In this document: positions 19,444 to 27,833 of the stretch, one piece after another
How positions within the stretch are numbered: position 1 is the stretch's first letter
Layout of the letters: the number at the start of each line of letters is the position of its first letter
Source: a virus
Taxonomy: Duplodnaviria; Heunggongvirae; Uroviricota; Caudoviricetes
Virus record (IMG/VR): IMGVR_UViG_3300045911_000760
DNA: 64,000 nucleotides
Strand: one strand, 5' to 3'
Position numbers and translations under genes: made by a program
The notes under the pieces: generated by a model
Databases searched by the model: none
What the model was told of the DNA's origin: nothing
Seen by the model: only the letters and a program-made list of their open reading frames with translations

Positions 19444-19979
19444 AACTCCGTCTTGGTGACGTTCGAGCCGCCCACGATGACTCCGACGAAGTCGACCATC
19501 CCCGTGATGGGGTCGAGCATCCCGGTTCCGGTGACCGTGGCGCCCTCGTAGGCGACGCCGGTCCCAGCCGTTCTCCCGAGCTTGATCTCGGAGGCGTCGA
19601 CGATCACCGCGCCGGTGGTCTTGAGCTCGAGCGGTGCCCCCGTCTTGCTCTCGACCAGGAACGACCCATCCCGCTTCAGGTAGACCTCAAGGACGACGCC
19701 CCCCTGCGGGTTGCGGGCGTAGAGCAGGCGCTCGCCGGGAAGCGCCTTGCCGGCATTCTTGGGGTCCTGGTAGCCAACCGCGGTGGTGGACCCGCTTCCG
19801 GCAGCCCCCTCGACGCAGACAGAGACGTCGTCAGGGAGCGGCGGCGAGTCGTCGCCAGCGGGACCGAAATGCCCAGCGGTCGAGTTCCTCCCGGAGCCCC
19901 GGTCGACGGTGGTCACCGGAACGGAGACCCCGTTGATCACCTCCCGCGCGAAAGCGATGACGTCTGCGAGGAAAGCCAT
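19440..19979 (-). CDS. baseplate assembly protein V / central spike (Mu gp45-like)
   Basis: 179 aa with a beta-rich C-terminus (GTGVAYEGATVTGTGMLDPITGMVDFVGVIVGG). Position after the Mu P-like gene. Confidence 0.5.
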   Translation of the reverse strand: MAFLADVIAFAREVINGVSVPVTTVDRGSGRNSTAGHFGPAGDDSPPLPDDVSVCVEGAAGSGSTTAVGYQDPKNAGKALPGERLLYARNPQGGVVLEVYLKRDGSFLVESKTGAPLELKTTGAVIVDASEIKLGRTAGTGVAYEGATVTGTGMLDPITGMVDFVGVIVGGSNVTKTEL

Positions 19980-21101
19980 TCAGCCCTCCCAGGGCATCCG
20001 CTCGGGGATCTCCGCGGGGGTCGCGGAGAACGCGCCCGGCAGACAGAGCCCGAGGCTCGCGCTGAACGATGCTTCGTTCACCCGCAGCGCGACGTTGCGC
20101 ACCAGGAGCTCGCTGTAGTTGTAGACCATGGCCTCCGGTGCCCGGAGCATCAGCGTCGTGTTCGGGTGCCAGAGGTAGTTCTCTGGGTCCGTCCACGTTG
20201 GCAGGTTGTCCACCACGTAGCTGACGATCTCACCGTGCATGCGCCCGAGGCGCGCACGGACCGCGTAGGGGACGTCGCCGCTCTCGGTGTCGTCCAAAAT
20301 GAAGCTGAGTGGGCGGAGGTTCGTGCCGAGGTAGCGCTTGTTCTCCTCCGTCCATTTTGCCGTGCCCTTGCCGGACCGCTTCGAGCCGAACCCGGTGAGC
20401 TCGCTGTAGTAGGACTCCGGCGAGAACGCCGGCGTGACGCGCGTCAGGGGCTGCCCTTCGAGCACCGCCACGGGGTTTCCCGGGGCTACCGATTGTTGGA
20501 AGACCAGGTTCCCTTGCGGGTCATCCGTGATGACGAGACCGCGCTGCTGGGCGAGGTCGACCAGGAATTCCTGGATCTTCTTGTCCGGGTCGCACTGGGC
20601 GCGGTCGAACTTGTCGCCCACCGGGGTTACCCGGGGGGCGCCCCTCCTCCGTCGCTGCTGCTTTAGCTTCGAGCTGCGGACCGCAGCGTCGATGGGCGCG
20701 TCTGCACGGACGCCGATGCCGAAGGGCTCGGCCAGCTTCTGCGCGATCTGCACCAGCGTCATCCCGTTGAACTCGAGCGGGAGGAGCGTTGGCGGGGGAG
20801 TGACCTGGAAGAGCTCGTTCGGCTTCGAATACGCGGTGACCTGGATAGACGCGCTCTCCGCCGTAACCTCCGGGACGATGTCCACGAGGCGCCCCGTGAA
20901 CATCAGGTTGTCGTCGATGAAGACCTGGCACTCCTTGAACGAGAACGGCCGGAAGAGCTCCCGGAACTCCTCTCGGTCCGGCTCGAAGGGCGCCGTGAAG
21001 CCGGCGGCCGAGTAGGAGTCCAGGCCCAGGCTCAGTTCGAACTCGGTCCAGTTGGTGAACTCGACCCCCTCGATGAGGATCGAGACGTCGGGTGCCGTCA
21101 C
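19980..21101 (-). CDS. tail protein, Mu gpP / P2 gpD-like (baseplate hub)
   Basis: 373-aa ORF directly after the DNA-circulation protein, as in Mu (N then P). Confidence 0.5.
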   Translation of the reverse strand: MTAPDVSILIEGVEFTNWTEFELSLGLDSYSAAGFTAPFEPDREEFRELFRPFSFKECQVFIDDNLMFTGRLVDIVPEVTAESASIQVTAYSKPNELFQVTPPPTLLPLEFNGMTLVQIAQKLAEPFGIGVRADAPIDAAVRSSKLKQQRRRRGAPRVTPVGDKFDRAQCDPDKKIQEFLVDLAQQRGLVITDDPQGNLVFQQSVAPGNPVAVLEGQPLTRVTPAFSPESYYSELTGFGSKRSGKGTAKWTEENKRYLGTNLRPLSFILDDTESGDVPYAVRARLGRMHGEIVSYVVDNLPTWTDPENYLWHPNTTLMLRAPEAMVYNYSELLVRNVALRVNEASFSASLGLCLPGAFSATPAEIPERMPWEG

Positions 21102-21108
21102 GAGGCGC

Positions 21109-22431
21109 CTAGGCTGCCGTCGGGTAGTAGACGATCCTGCGACCCCGAGGGATCAAGAGGATCTCCGAGCCCGTCAGGTTGTTGCTGCTGATGAAGAAGT
21201 CCTCGCGGTCATCGACCGTGCCGTAGAGCTCCGCGCACAGGTCGATGACCGTGCGGGGCCGGTCGAGCACGATGGCGCGCTCCGGGACGAGGTTGAACGA
21301 CACCTGGACGAGGAAGCCCGCAGCGAGCGCCACGGCTTCCTGCAGCGCCTGGTAGGACTCGCCGGTGTCGACGATGTCGAGCTCCGCGAAGCGCTCCTGG
21401 CGCCAGGCCACGACCGCATCGAGCTGAGAGAGGATCTCCTCGGCAGCCGCCAATGCCTCGGGCTTCGTCGTGAACTCGTGGTTCAGGACGGCCCGGACGC
21501 TCCCAGCGACTGCCGCCTGGGCGCCAAGGTCAGCGAGACGGAAGTCGTTCTGCGCCTGGAGCCGCAGGTTCGCCGAGATCGCTCTGTCCGCGGAACTCGC
21601 ACGCGACGTCCCGAAGATGTCCTCGGCCATGGCGCGGTACCCCGCCAGGCGATCGAAGATCCCCGTCAGCGCCCGGGATGGCGCAGAAATCAAATTCACG
21701 ATCTGCCGAGCCAGGGACAGCGGCTGACCGACCAGCACGTCGAGACCGAAGTTCACCGTACTCTGCAGATCGCGAAACTCTCTGGTGATCGAGGACACGC
21801 CGCCCGAGACCCTGCTCAGGGCGCGGCTCACCGTCTGGAGGAGCCCCCGGACGGAGCTCTTCATGCCAGAGCGGCGGAGCCCGCTGCGGAGGTTCGCCCC
21901 GTTCGCGAACTGCTGCGCAGCCGCGATGTCGTAGGCCTCGGCCGCGGTGAGGATCTCGCTTCGCGGATTCCCTTCCGTCGAGGGGTAGACCGCGCCGGTG
22001 GTCGTCCAGAAGGTGACCTCGACGATGCTCTGGTTTGCGCCTTCGACGAGGTCATCGCGCTGCGTGATGGTGCCGAACGGAACGACGTTGAACGTCCCGT
22101 AGCGCGGGTGCTCGAGCTTCCCCTGGCCAGGCTCCAGCAGGCCAGCGAAGAAGGCGTCGGCGAGCTTGTCGCAGGAGCTCCCCGTGAAGTAGCAGAGCAG
22201 CGGGTACTTCCTCGACCCGTGGCCGTTGTCCTGGACGTAGTCGTCTCGGACCTTGATGAACGGGAAAGCGGTCGTTCGCTTGTCGACTTCGCGCCCGACG
22301 CCCTCGAACTTGAACGGGATCCGCGTGCCGCCCGGAGACGTGTATGCCCCCTCGCGGAGTCGGCTTTCCCAGCCCCCAGGACGATTGGCCCCGACGAGCG
22401 CTCCTGCGGCTGTAGTCGGCTGGAACGACAT
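21109..22431 (-). CDS. DNA circulation protein (Mu gpN-like)
   Basis: 440-aa ORF immediately downstream of the tape measure, in the conserved Mu-type tail order. N-terminal domain resembles DNA_circ_N. Confidence 0.55.
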   Translation of the reverse strand: MSFQPTTAAGALVGANRPGGWESRLREGAYTSPGGTRIPFKFEGVGREVDKRTTAFPFIKVRDDYVQDNGHGSRKYPLLCYFTGSSCDKLADAFFAGLLEPGQGKLEHPRYGTFNVVPFGTITQRDDLVEGANQSIVEVTFWTTTGAVYPSTEGNPRSEILTAAEAYDIAAAQQFANGANLRSGLRRSGMKSSVRGLLQTVSRALSRVSGGVSSITREFRDLQSTVNFGLDVLVGQPLSLARQIVNLISAPSRALTGIFDRLAGYRAMAEDIFGTSRASSADRAISANLRLQAQNDFRLADLGAQAAVAGSVRAVLNHEFTTKPEALAAAEEILSQLDAVVAWRQERFAELDIVDTGESYQALQEAVALAAGFLVQVSFNLVPERAIVLDRPRTVIDLCAELYGTVDDREDFFISSNNLTGSEILLIPRGRRIVYYPTAA

Positions 22432-24542
22432 CAGAAGCCTCCCGATGGGGCCGGACGCTGAAGCCTGATGCCAGAGCCCTTGGGCGCGTCGAGTTTGGCG
22501 CGTCCGGTGCGGTCATCGATCGTGAGCTCAGCCTTCGAGGTGTTGGTCGTCTCGGAGATCGTGCGAGCTGTCCGCTCCTGCGGGCTTACCATCTGCCCAC
22601 CCGCACTGGGCGCGGAGGCATCGTCGCCTCCACCCAACGCTGCGCGGCCCACCTCCCGCACCGCGTTGACGGCCCAGCTGATCTTGTCGACCACCTTGCC
22701 GAAGATGGACATGAACGCATCGGAGACCGCCGTCCAAAGCCCCGAGAAGAAGTCGAGGATGGGGGTCCAGATGCTGACCATCAGCTCGTAGTAGAACTTC
22801 ACCCGGCCAACGATGTACTCCCACATCCCAACGAAGGCGGCTCCGATGCCATCCCAGATCGCCAGGAAGAAGCCTTTGATCGGCTCCCAGTGCTCCATCA
22901 CCCAGCCGGCAGCCTGCTTCACCACTCCGAAGAGCAGCTTGAACATCTGGATCTGCGGCCAGAACAGGATCGAGAGGATGCCGACGACGAACTCGAACAT
23001 CCCCACCAGGAAGCTCTTTACTGGCTCCCAAATGGCCATGACGAAGCCGCTCACCGCCTCAGCGACCCGAGAGGCCATGTTCTTGATGCCCTCCCAAAGG
23101 TCGGAGAAGAACGCCGTGATCTCGGGCCAGAACGCGATGATGAGGCCGATCGCGGCCACGATCGCAATCCCGATGAGGACGTAGGGGTTGGCCGCAGCAA
23201 CGGCGTTGAAGATGGCTGCCGCAGTTGTCGCGATCTTGATCGCAGCCGCCACGGAACCGAAGACGGCCGCAACGATCGCGATCTTTTCGCCCCAGTAGAT
23301 GATGTCCGGGAGGATGTCTCGGACGTCCTGGATGAACTCCTTTACCCCGGAAACGATGAGGTCCTGGTTCGCGGTGACCCAGGCCGTGACGCCCTGAACC
23401 ACACCGCGAAGGGGGCCACTCTCCAGATCGAACAGCGCGATCTTCACGCCATCCACTGCTGACCCGAGCAGCGTCAGGTCGCCGTGCAGGTTGTTCATGC
23501 GGAGTTCAGCCATCTTTTCGGCTGATCCTTCCGCGCTCCGGAGCGCCTCGGTGAGTTGCTGACCCTTTTCGGAGGTGAAGAGGTCCTGGAGGTTGAGCGC
23601 CGCCTTCTGCCCGCGCAGGCCAACGAGGTCAGCGAAGAACGCGACCTTGTCCATGTTCCCGCCGAGCTTTCCAGCGGCCTTCTGCATGTTCGCGAAGACC
23701 TCCAGCGGCGGAAGCATGTTGCCCTTCGCGTCTTTGAACGCGACGCCGAGCTTCTTCATCGTCTTGGCGACGTCGTCCGACGGCTTGCTCAGTTTGGTGA
23801 GCATCGTCGCCGTGGCCGTTCCCGCCTCCGACGCGTCCAGGCCCACGTCCTGGAGCATGGCCACCATGCCGACGGCGTCCTCAAGCCCAATCCCGAACTG
23901 CTTCGCGACAGGGGAGAGGTTCTTCATCGACTCGCCGAGCGAGCCGATAGAGCTGTTCGTTCTCGAGCTCGCCAGCGTCAGTACGTCAGCGATCCGACCG
24001 GCCTCTGAGGCCTGAAGCCCCATGCCCTTCATCACGTTCGAGACATGATTGGCGACCTCCGCCATCTCCATCCCGGAGGCGGCGGCAGCGCTCAGCACGC
24101 CGCCCACGCCCGAGAGGATCTCCTGATTGGAGAAGCCGGCGCGGGCCATGATCTCCATGGCGTTCGCGGCCTCGGTCGCCGTGAACTTGGTCGTCGCGCC
24201 TAGCTTCTTGGCCTCGGCCTCCAGATCAGCGATCTGGTCGCGAGTCTGAAGTCCGACGGCGCCGACGGCGGTGATGGCCTGTTCGAAGTCGGCCCCTGCA
24301 GAGCCGATCTTGTAGAGGACGCCACCGAGCGCTGCGCCCACAACGAGCCCGACCTTGCCCGCTTCTGTCGCGAACGACTTGAGCCCCTTGTAGGCCTTGT
24401 TGATGACCTTGTCGGCATCCTTGAAGGTCGATTCGAGCTTCTTCCCCCAGCTCCCGACCCGGCTCTGCATCTTGGCGACGGGCGCACTGATCCTATCGAC
24501 GGCGCGGAAGATCGCCTCGATTGAGAACCGGCTGCTGGCCAA
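22431..24542 (-). CDS. tail tape measure protein (TP901-family core)
   Basis: 703 aa. Ala/Gly-rich helical N-terminal two-thirds with TMP-like repeats (GMVAMLQDVGLDASEAGTATATMLTKL). The hydrophobic C-terminal third carries W-rich repeats (FWPEITAFFSDLWEGIKNM...). TTG start 10 nt after the stop of the frameshift extension. Confidence 0.8.
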   Translation of the reverse strand: MASSRFSIEAIFRAVDRISAPVAKMQSRVGSWGKKLESTFKDADKVINKAYKGLKSFATEAGKVGLVVGAALGGVLYKIGSAGADFEQAITAVGAVGLQTRDQIADLEAEAKKLGATTKFTATEAANAMEIMARAGFSNQEILSGVGGVLSAAAASGMEMAEVANHVSNVMKGMGLQASEAGRIADVLTLASSRTNSSIGSLGESMKNLSPVAKQFGIGLEDAVGMVAMLQDVGLDASEAGTATATMLTKLSKPSDDVAKTMKKLGVAFKDAKGNMLPPLEVFANMQKAAGKLGGNMDKVAFFADLVGLRGQKAALNLQDLFTSEKGQQLTEALRSAEGSAEKMAELRMNNLHGDLTLLGSAVDGVKIALFDLESGPLRGVVQGVTAWVTANQDLIVSGVKEFIQDVRDILPDIIYWGEKIAIVAAVFGSVAAAIKIATTAAAIFNAVAAANPYVLIGIAIVAAIGLIIAFWPEITAFFSDLWEGIKNMASRVAEAVSGFVMAIWEPVKSFLVGMFEFVVGILSILFWPQIQMFKLLFGVVKQAAGWVMEHWEPIKGFFLAIWDGIGAAFVGMWEYIVGRVKFYYELMVSIWTPILDFFSGLWTAVSDAFMSIFGKVVDKISWAVNAVREVGRAALGGGDDASAPSAGGQMVSPQERTARTISETTNTSKAELTIDDRTGRAKLDAPKGSGIRLQRPAPSGGF

Positions 24543-24548
24543 GCGTGC

Positions 24549-24842
24549 CTACCCGCGCCGGGAGCGGCGCGAGAAACGCGGGATGCGCGGAGCCGAAGTG
24601 GCCGGCTTTTCAGCCGTCGCCTTCTTCAGCTCCTCGCGCAGCCCGTTGTAGAAGAATACGATTTCGTGGTCTTTGAGAGTCCGCGGATCCGGTAGCCCCG
24701 AGTAGTCGCGGCAAATCTGCTGCAGCATCTCACCGAAGACTCTTGGAGCGGTGTGTCTGCACGCCCCTGAGTTTCTGTCTGGCTCGAGCCGCGCGTCGTC
24801 GCCTTTCCGAACGATTCGGTCGACTACTGGGGCGAGAAAAAA
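24549..24842 (-). CDS. -1 programmed frameshift extension of the tail assembly chaperone (G-T type fusion product)
   Basis: The slippery heptamer T_TTT_TTC (plus-strand 24836-24842) sits in the zero frame 4 codons before the chaperone stop. The -1 frame is then open for 95 codons (LAPVVDRIVRKGDD...HEIVFFYNGLREELKKATAEKP...) and ends at TAG 24549-24551, just before the tape measure start. The other two frames are closed. Confidence 0.55.
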   Translation of the reverse strand, partial: FFLAPVVDRIVRKGDDARLEPDRNSGACRHTAPRVFGEMLQQICRDYSGLPDPRTLKDHEIVFFYNGLREELKKATAEKPATSAPRIPRFSRRSRRG

Positions 24843-25258
24843 AGCGACGCGAGTACCGAGAGGGCTTTCACGTCAGCAATTTCCTCGAGTGCGGTGAACT
24901 TCTTCGACGCCACACCTGACATGTCGGCGAGCGCTTCGAAGAGGTTCGCAATCTTTTGCTTCGGGTCGTGCGTTTCGAGCGCGAGGAACGTCGCCCCCCC
25001 GGCCTTCTTGAAGGTGAAGCTCTGACCGTCGAAGCAGCGGTACGTGACGAGGACTCCGTCCTCGTGGACCTCGAGTCGCCCTTCCCGGATGAGGCGAACG
25101 ATCTCTGCGCGCATCGCGCTGAAGTCCTTCTTCTCCTTCGGCGTCATCGAGTCGACGTCTGTGTCGACGCGCCGCCCACGACACAGCCGCTCGAACTCCT
25201 GAGCGGCGGTCTCTTCATCCACCTTGTACTGTTTGCTGGTCATTGTGCTGGTCTCCAA
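24824..25258 (-). CDS. tail assembly chaperone (G/E-like)
   Basis: 144-aa acidic protein located between the tail tube/cargo genes and the tape measure. It ends with a slippery run followed by an open -1 frame. Confidence 0.55.
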   Translation of the reverse strand: METSTMTSKQYKVDEETAAQEFERLCRGRRVDTDVDSMTPKEKKDFSAMRAEIVRLIREGRLEVHEDGVLVTYRCFDGQSFTFKKAGGATFLALETHDPKQKIANLFEALADMSGVASKKFTALEEIADVKALSVLASLFFSPQ

Positions 25259-25790
25259 ACGAAGCGGGGTCGCCCCCGCGGAAAAGCATCAGCATCCGCT
25301 TCCGGTGCTCTGGCCTCTTCACCAGGAGGCGACGCACGGGGGTCGCTCCCGCGGTCCACTCACGAATGCGTGAGACCCCGATCCCGGCGTGGGTCTTGTT
25401 CGTGCGGGTCCACCTGAAGGGGAACGAGATGAGGACGTGGCCGGATGGGCCTGCGACGCGCGCGGCCTCGAGGAACGCCGCCTCCTGTCGCCCCTCGAAG
25501 TGCTCCCAGCACTGCAGGGCGAGAACGAGGTCGTACGACGCTGAGGCTACGGGCCACGGGGTGGCGCCGGCGTCGTGGAGGTACGTGGGCGAGAAGTCCG
25601 CGGAGATGTCGAGGGTGTCGGAGCCGGGGACGAAGGGGTGCGGTCCGGGGCCGACCTCGAGGACCCGCGACGGGCTCAGCGTTGCCACCAGCCGCGCCAC
25701 GTGACGCAGGTAGACCCAGCGGCCGCGGAGGTACGGATGCACGTGCTCCGCGGCGCGGAAGTCCTCCTCCGAGATGGGTTCAAGCGGCAT
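25215..25790 (-). CDS. class I SAM-dependent methyltransferase
   Basis: Motif I VLEVGPGPHPF and post-I acidic residue. LVLALQCWEH resembles the motif II/III region. Start taken at the internal Met (MPLEPISEE). Overlaps the GT2 stop. Confidence 0.55.
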   Translation of the reverse strand: MPLEPISEEDFRAAEHVHPYLRGRWVYLRHVARLVATLSPSRVLEVGPGPHPFVPGSDTLDISADFSPTYLHDAGATPWPVASASYDLVLALQCWEHFEGRQEAAFLEAARVAGPSGHVLISFPFRWTRTNKTHAGIGVSRIREWTAGATPVRRLLVKRPEHRKRMLMLFRGGDPASFGDQHNDQQTVQGG

Positions 25791-26667
25791 GGGCGGAAAC
25801 CGCGGCGCGCACTCGCGCCACCTGCTCACGCCACCAGGGGGCCCCTGCGTGGGCCTCCTCCTGCATGCAGGCGAACATGGCGGTGTTCCGCGCCCGGAGC
25901 TCTTCGTCGAAGTGCAGCGGGTCCCGCTCGTGGGGCTGGTGGAGGAAGAGGACGCTGGTCAGCAGGTGCACCTCGACGAGCTGCTCGAGCACGTCGAGGA
26001 ACCGAAGCCGCCGGCAGAGGTCGATCTTGTTCGCTCCCCATCCGAGGTAGCGCTCATCGAACCCGCCCAGCGCCTCCCAGAGCCAGCGCGGCATCGAGGG
26101 AAACCCCTCGGGGAGCGTGAAGAGGTGCGTGGTCGCTGGAGCTCCGGGGCGGTAGCAGTGGTGTAGCCCGCTCGCCGTCTTCCGGTGCCGCGGGAGCGCC
26201 CACGGATCGCCCGCGTAGGAGGCCCATTCGGTGGGCGTCACGTCGGGCTCCGCGAAGCAGGGGGACACACAGACGGGCCGCTGACTCGCGCTGGCGACGG
26301 CCTTCAGGTGCTCCACGGCGCCGGGGTCGGCGAGCATGTCCGCGTCGAGCACCCAGAGGTGCTGTCCGACGGCTTCTCGGCACCCGGCGTTCCGGGCGTG
26401 GTTCCTGTGCGGGAGGTGCCCAGCGTGCGCCGTGCGCGGCGAGGGGACCACGGCAAGCCGCTTGCCCACCTGGGGCAGGTCGAGCGCGTCGATGCACGCC
26501 CAGGGGAAGTCGGCGGACGCTGCGTCGACCGCCACCACCACTTCGAAGTCCTGGTCGGTCTGGTGCTCGAGCGCCGCGACAGACCGGCGCAGGAGCGGCA
26601 ACCCCTCCTGGTGCACCGGGAAGACGAAGCTGACGAAAGGGTCAGCATTCATAGAGCTGCCAGCCAT
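25780..26667 (-). CDS. glycosyltransferase family 2 (GT-A fold)
   Basis: VSFVFPVHQEG...DFEVVVAVDAAS near the N-terminus, DXD motif WVLDADM. No TM segments, so it is soluble. Confidence 0.65.
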   Translation of the reverse strand: MAGSSMNADPFVSFVFPVHQEGLPLLRRSVAALEHQTDQDFEVVVAVDAASADFPWACIDALDLPQVGKRLAVVPSPRTAHAGHLPHRNHARNAGCREAVGQHLWVLDADMLADPGAVEHLKAVASASQRPVCVSPCFAEPDVTPTEWASYAGDPWALPRHRKTASGLHHCYRPGAPATTHLFTLPEGFPSMPRWLWEALGGFDERYLGWGANKIDLCRRLRFLDVLEQLVEVHLLTSVLFLHQPHERDPLHFDEELRARNTAMFACMQEEAHAGAPWWREQVARVRAAVSAHAA

Positions 26668-27352
26668 GGGTCGCGGCGTGCTGTCGGATCAACCGATTCC
26701 GGCGCTCGTGCCCTTCAGCTTGCGAGGACCGGAAGATCCCCGCTGGGTCGAGGGAGGCCAGAGACTTCAGCCAGTGGGCTTCGTGCGGAATCAGCCAGAT
26801 CGGCACCTGGTTCAGCTGGGCCCAGACCGACAGCTGCATGTCAGCGAGGTTCCGCTCCGGGAAGCTCGTCGGAACCGCGAGCTTCGAAGCGTCCCAGGCC
26901 ATCACCCCGGTTCCGCCGTGGTTCACCCAGCGCCCGTTGCCAACGCGCTTGTGGATGATCCCGACGCTCCCCGGCACCACGTCGAAGACGTTCCGCGCCT
27001 GCGGGCGGTACGTCCGACCGTGCGCTGTGACGATGGCGCGACCGTCCCAACGCAGAACGGCGTCCACCATCGTGGCGACGTAGCCTTCGGCATAGACGAA
27101 GTCGTCGTCGCACGTCAGGTAGACGCCGGCGTGGGCTTGGGCCCAGTGGAACTTGCGCTCCGCTCCATGGTTTTCGGGTGAGAGGACGTACTTGTCGGCC
27201 AGGTCCTGCACGCAACAGGGGACCGCCTCGTACCCATTGAGGTACACGTGGAGGCGGTCCACCTGCGGGCGCAGAGATTCGAGCGCCTGGACGAGCAGGT
27301 GCTCGCGCTCCGGGACCGACGCGAGCGAGGCGAGGGTGAGCGGGCGTGTCAC
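26642..27352 (-). CDS. putative glycosyltransferase (GT-A-like, DDD motif)
   Basis: 236 aa with YLTCDDDFVY acidic motif and N-terminal LVQALESLRPQVDRLHVYLNG. The GTG start overlaps the tail tube stop as GTGA, so it is translationally coupled to the tube gene. Confidence 0.45.
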   Translation of the reverse strand: MTRPLTLASLASVPEREHLLVQALESLRPQVDRLHVYLNGYEAVPCCVQDLADKYVLSPENHGAERKFHWAQAHAGVYLTCDDDFVYAEGYVATMVDAVLRWDGRAIVTAHGRTYRPQARNVFDVVPGSVGIIHKRVGNGRWVNHGGTGVMAWDASKLAVPTSFPERNLADMQLSVWAQLNQVPIWLIPHEAHWLKSLASLDPAGIFRSSQAEGHERRNRLIRQHAATHGWQLYEC

Positions 27353-27732
27353 TGCTGCTGCAGCTTGCCGCCGCCGCTCATCTCGATCGTCGCGGTGGTG
27401 TTCTGGGAGTTGTAGACGACCTCACCCGTGATCGTGCCTACGGCCTCGTAGGTCACGCCGCTCGCGTAGGTCACCGAGATGTCGACGGGGTCATTCGAAT
27501 CGGCGATCCCTTGCAGGAACTCCTGGTCGCCGCGCACGTCTTTGACCTCGACCACCAGGCCGCCAAGCATCCACGGCACGCGAGTCTTCACGTAGCGAAC
27601 GGAGCCGTCCCCGTTCGGTTGGGCTTCCTTCTCCCATCCGCCGAGCTTCCGCGTGGTGTCCGCGTCGGACGCCACGACGAACCGTCGTCCCCGGATGGAG
27701 ATCTCTTGAATCGAACCGCCTGTTGCGCTCAT
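27349..27732 (-). CDS. tail tube protein (contractile tail, Mu gpM / P2 FII-like)
   Basis: About 127 aa from the internal Met (MSATGGSIQEISIRG). It directly follows the sheath gene. Size and beta-rich composition are typical of tube proteins. Confidence 0.55.
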   Translation of the reverse strand: MSATGGSIQEISIRGRRFVVASDADTTRKLGGWEKEAQPNGDGSVRYVKTRVPWMLGGLVVEVKDVRGDQEFLQGIADSNDPVDISVTYASGVTYEAVGTITGEVVYNSQNTTATIEMSGGGKLQQQ

Positions 27733-27833
27733 TGCGTGAGTCCTTTGGTGCGGGCGCACGTCAGCCCGCCCGGATGCGCAGCGAGGCGCCCAGGCAGGCT
27801 TGGTGCGGGTAGTTGCTGGTTAGGCGAGAGCGA

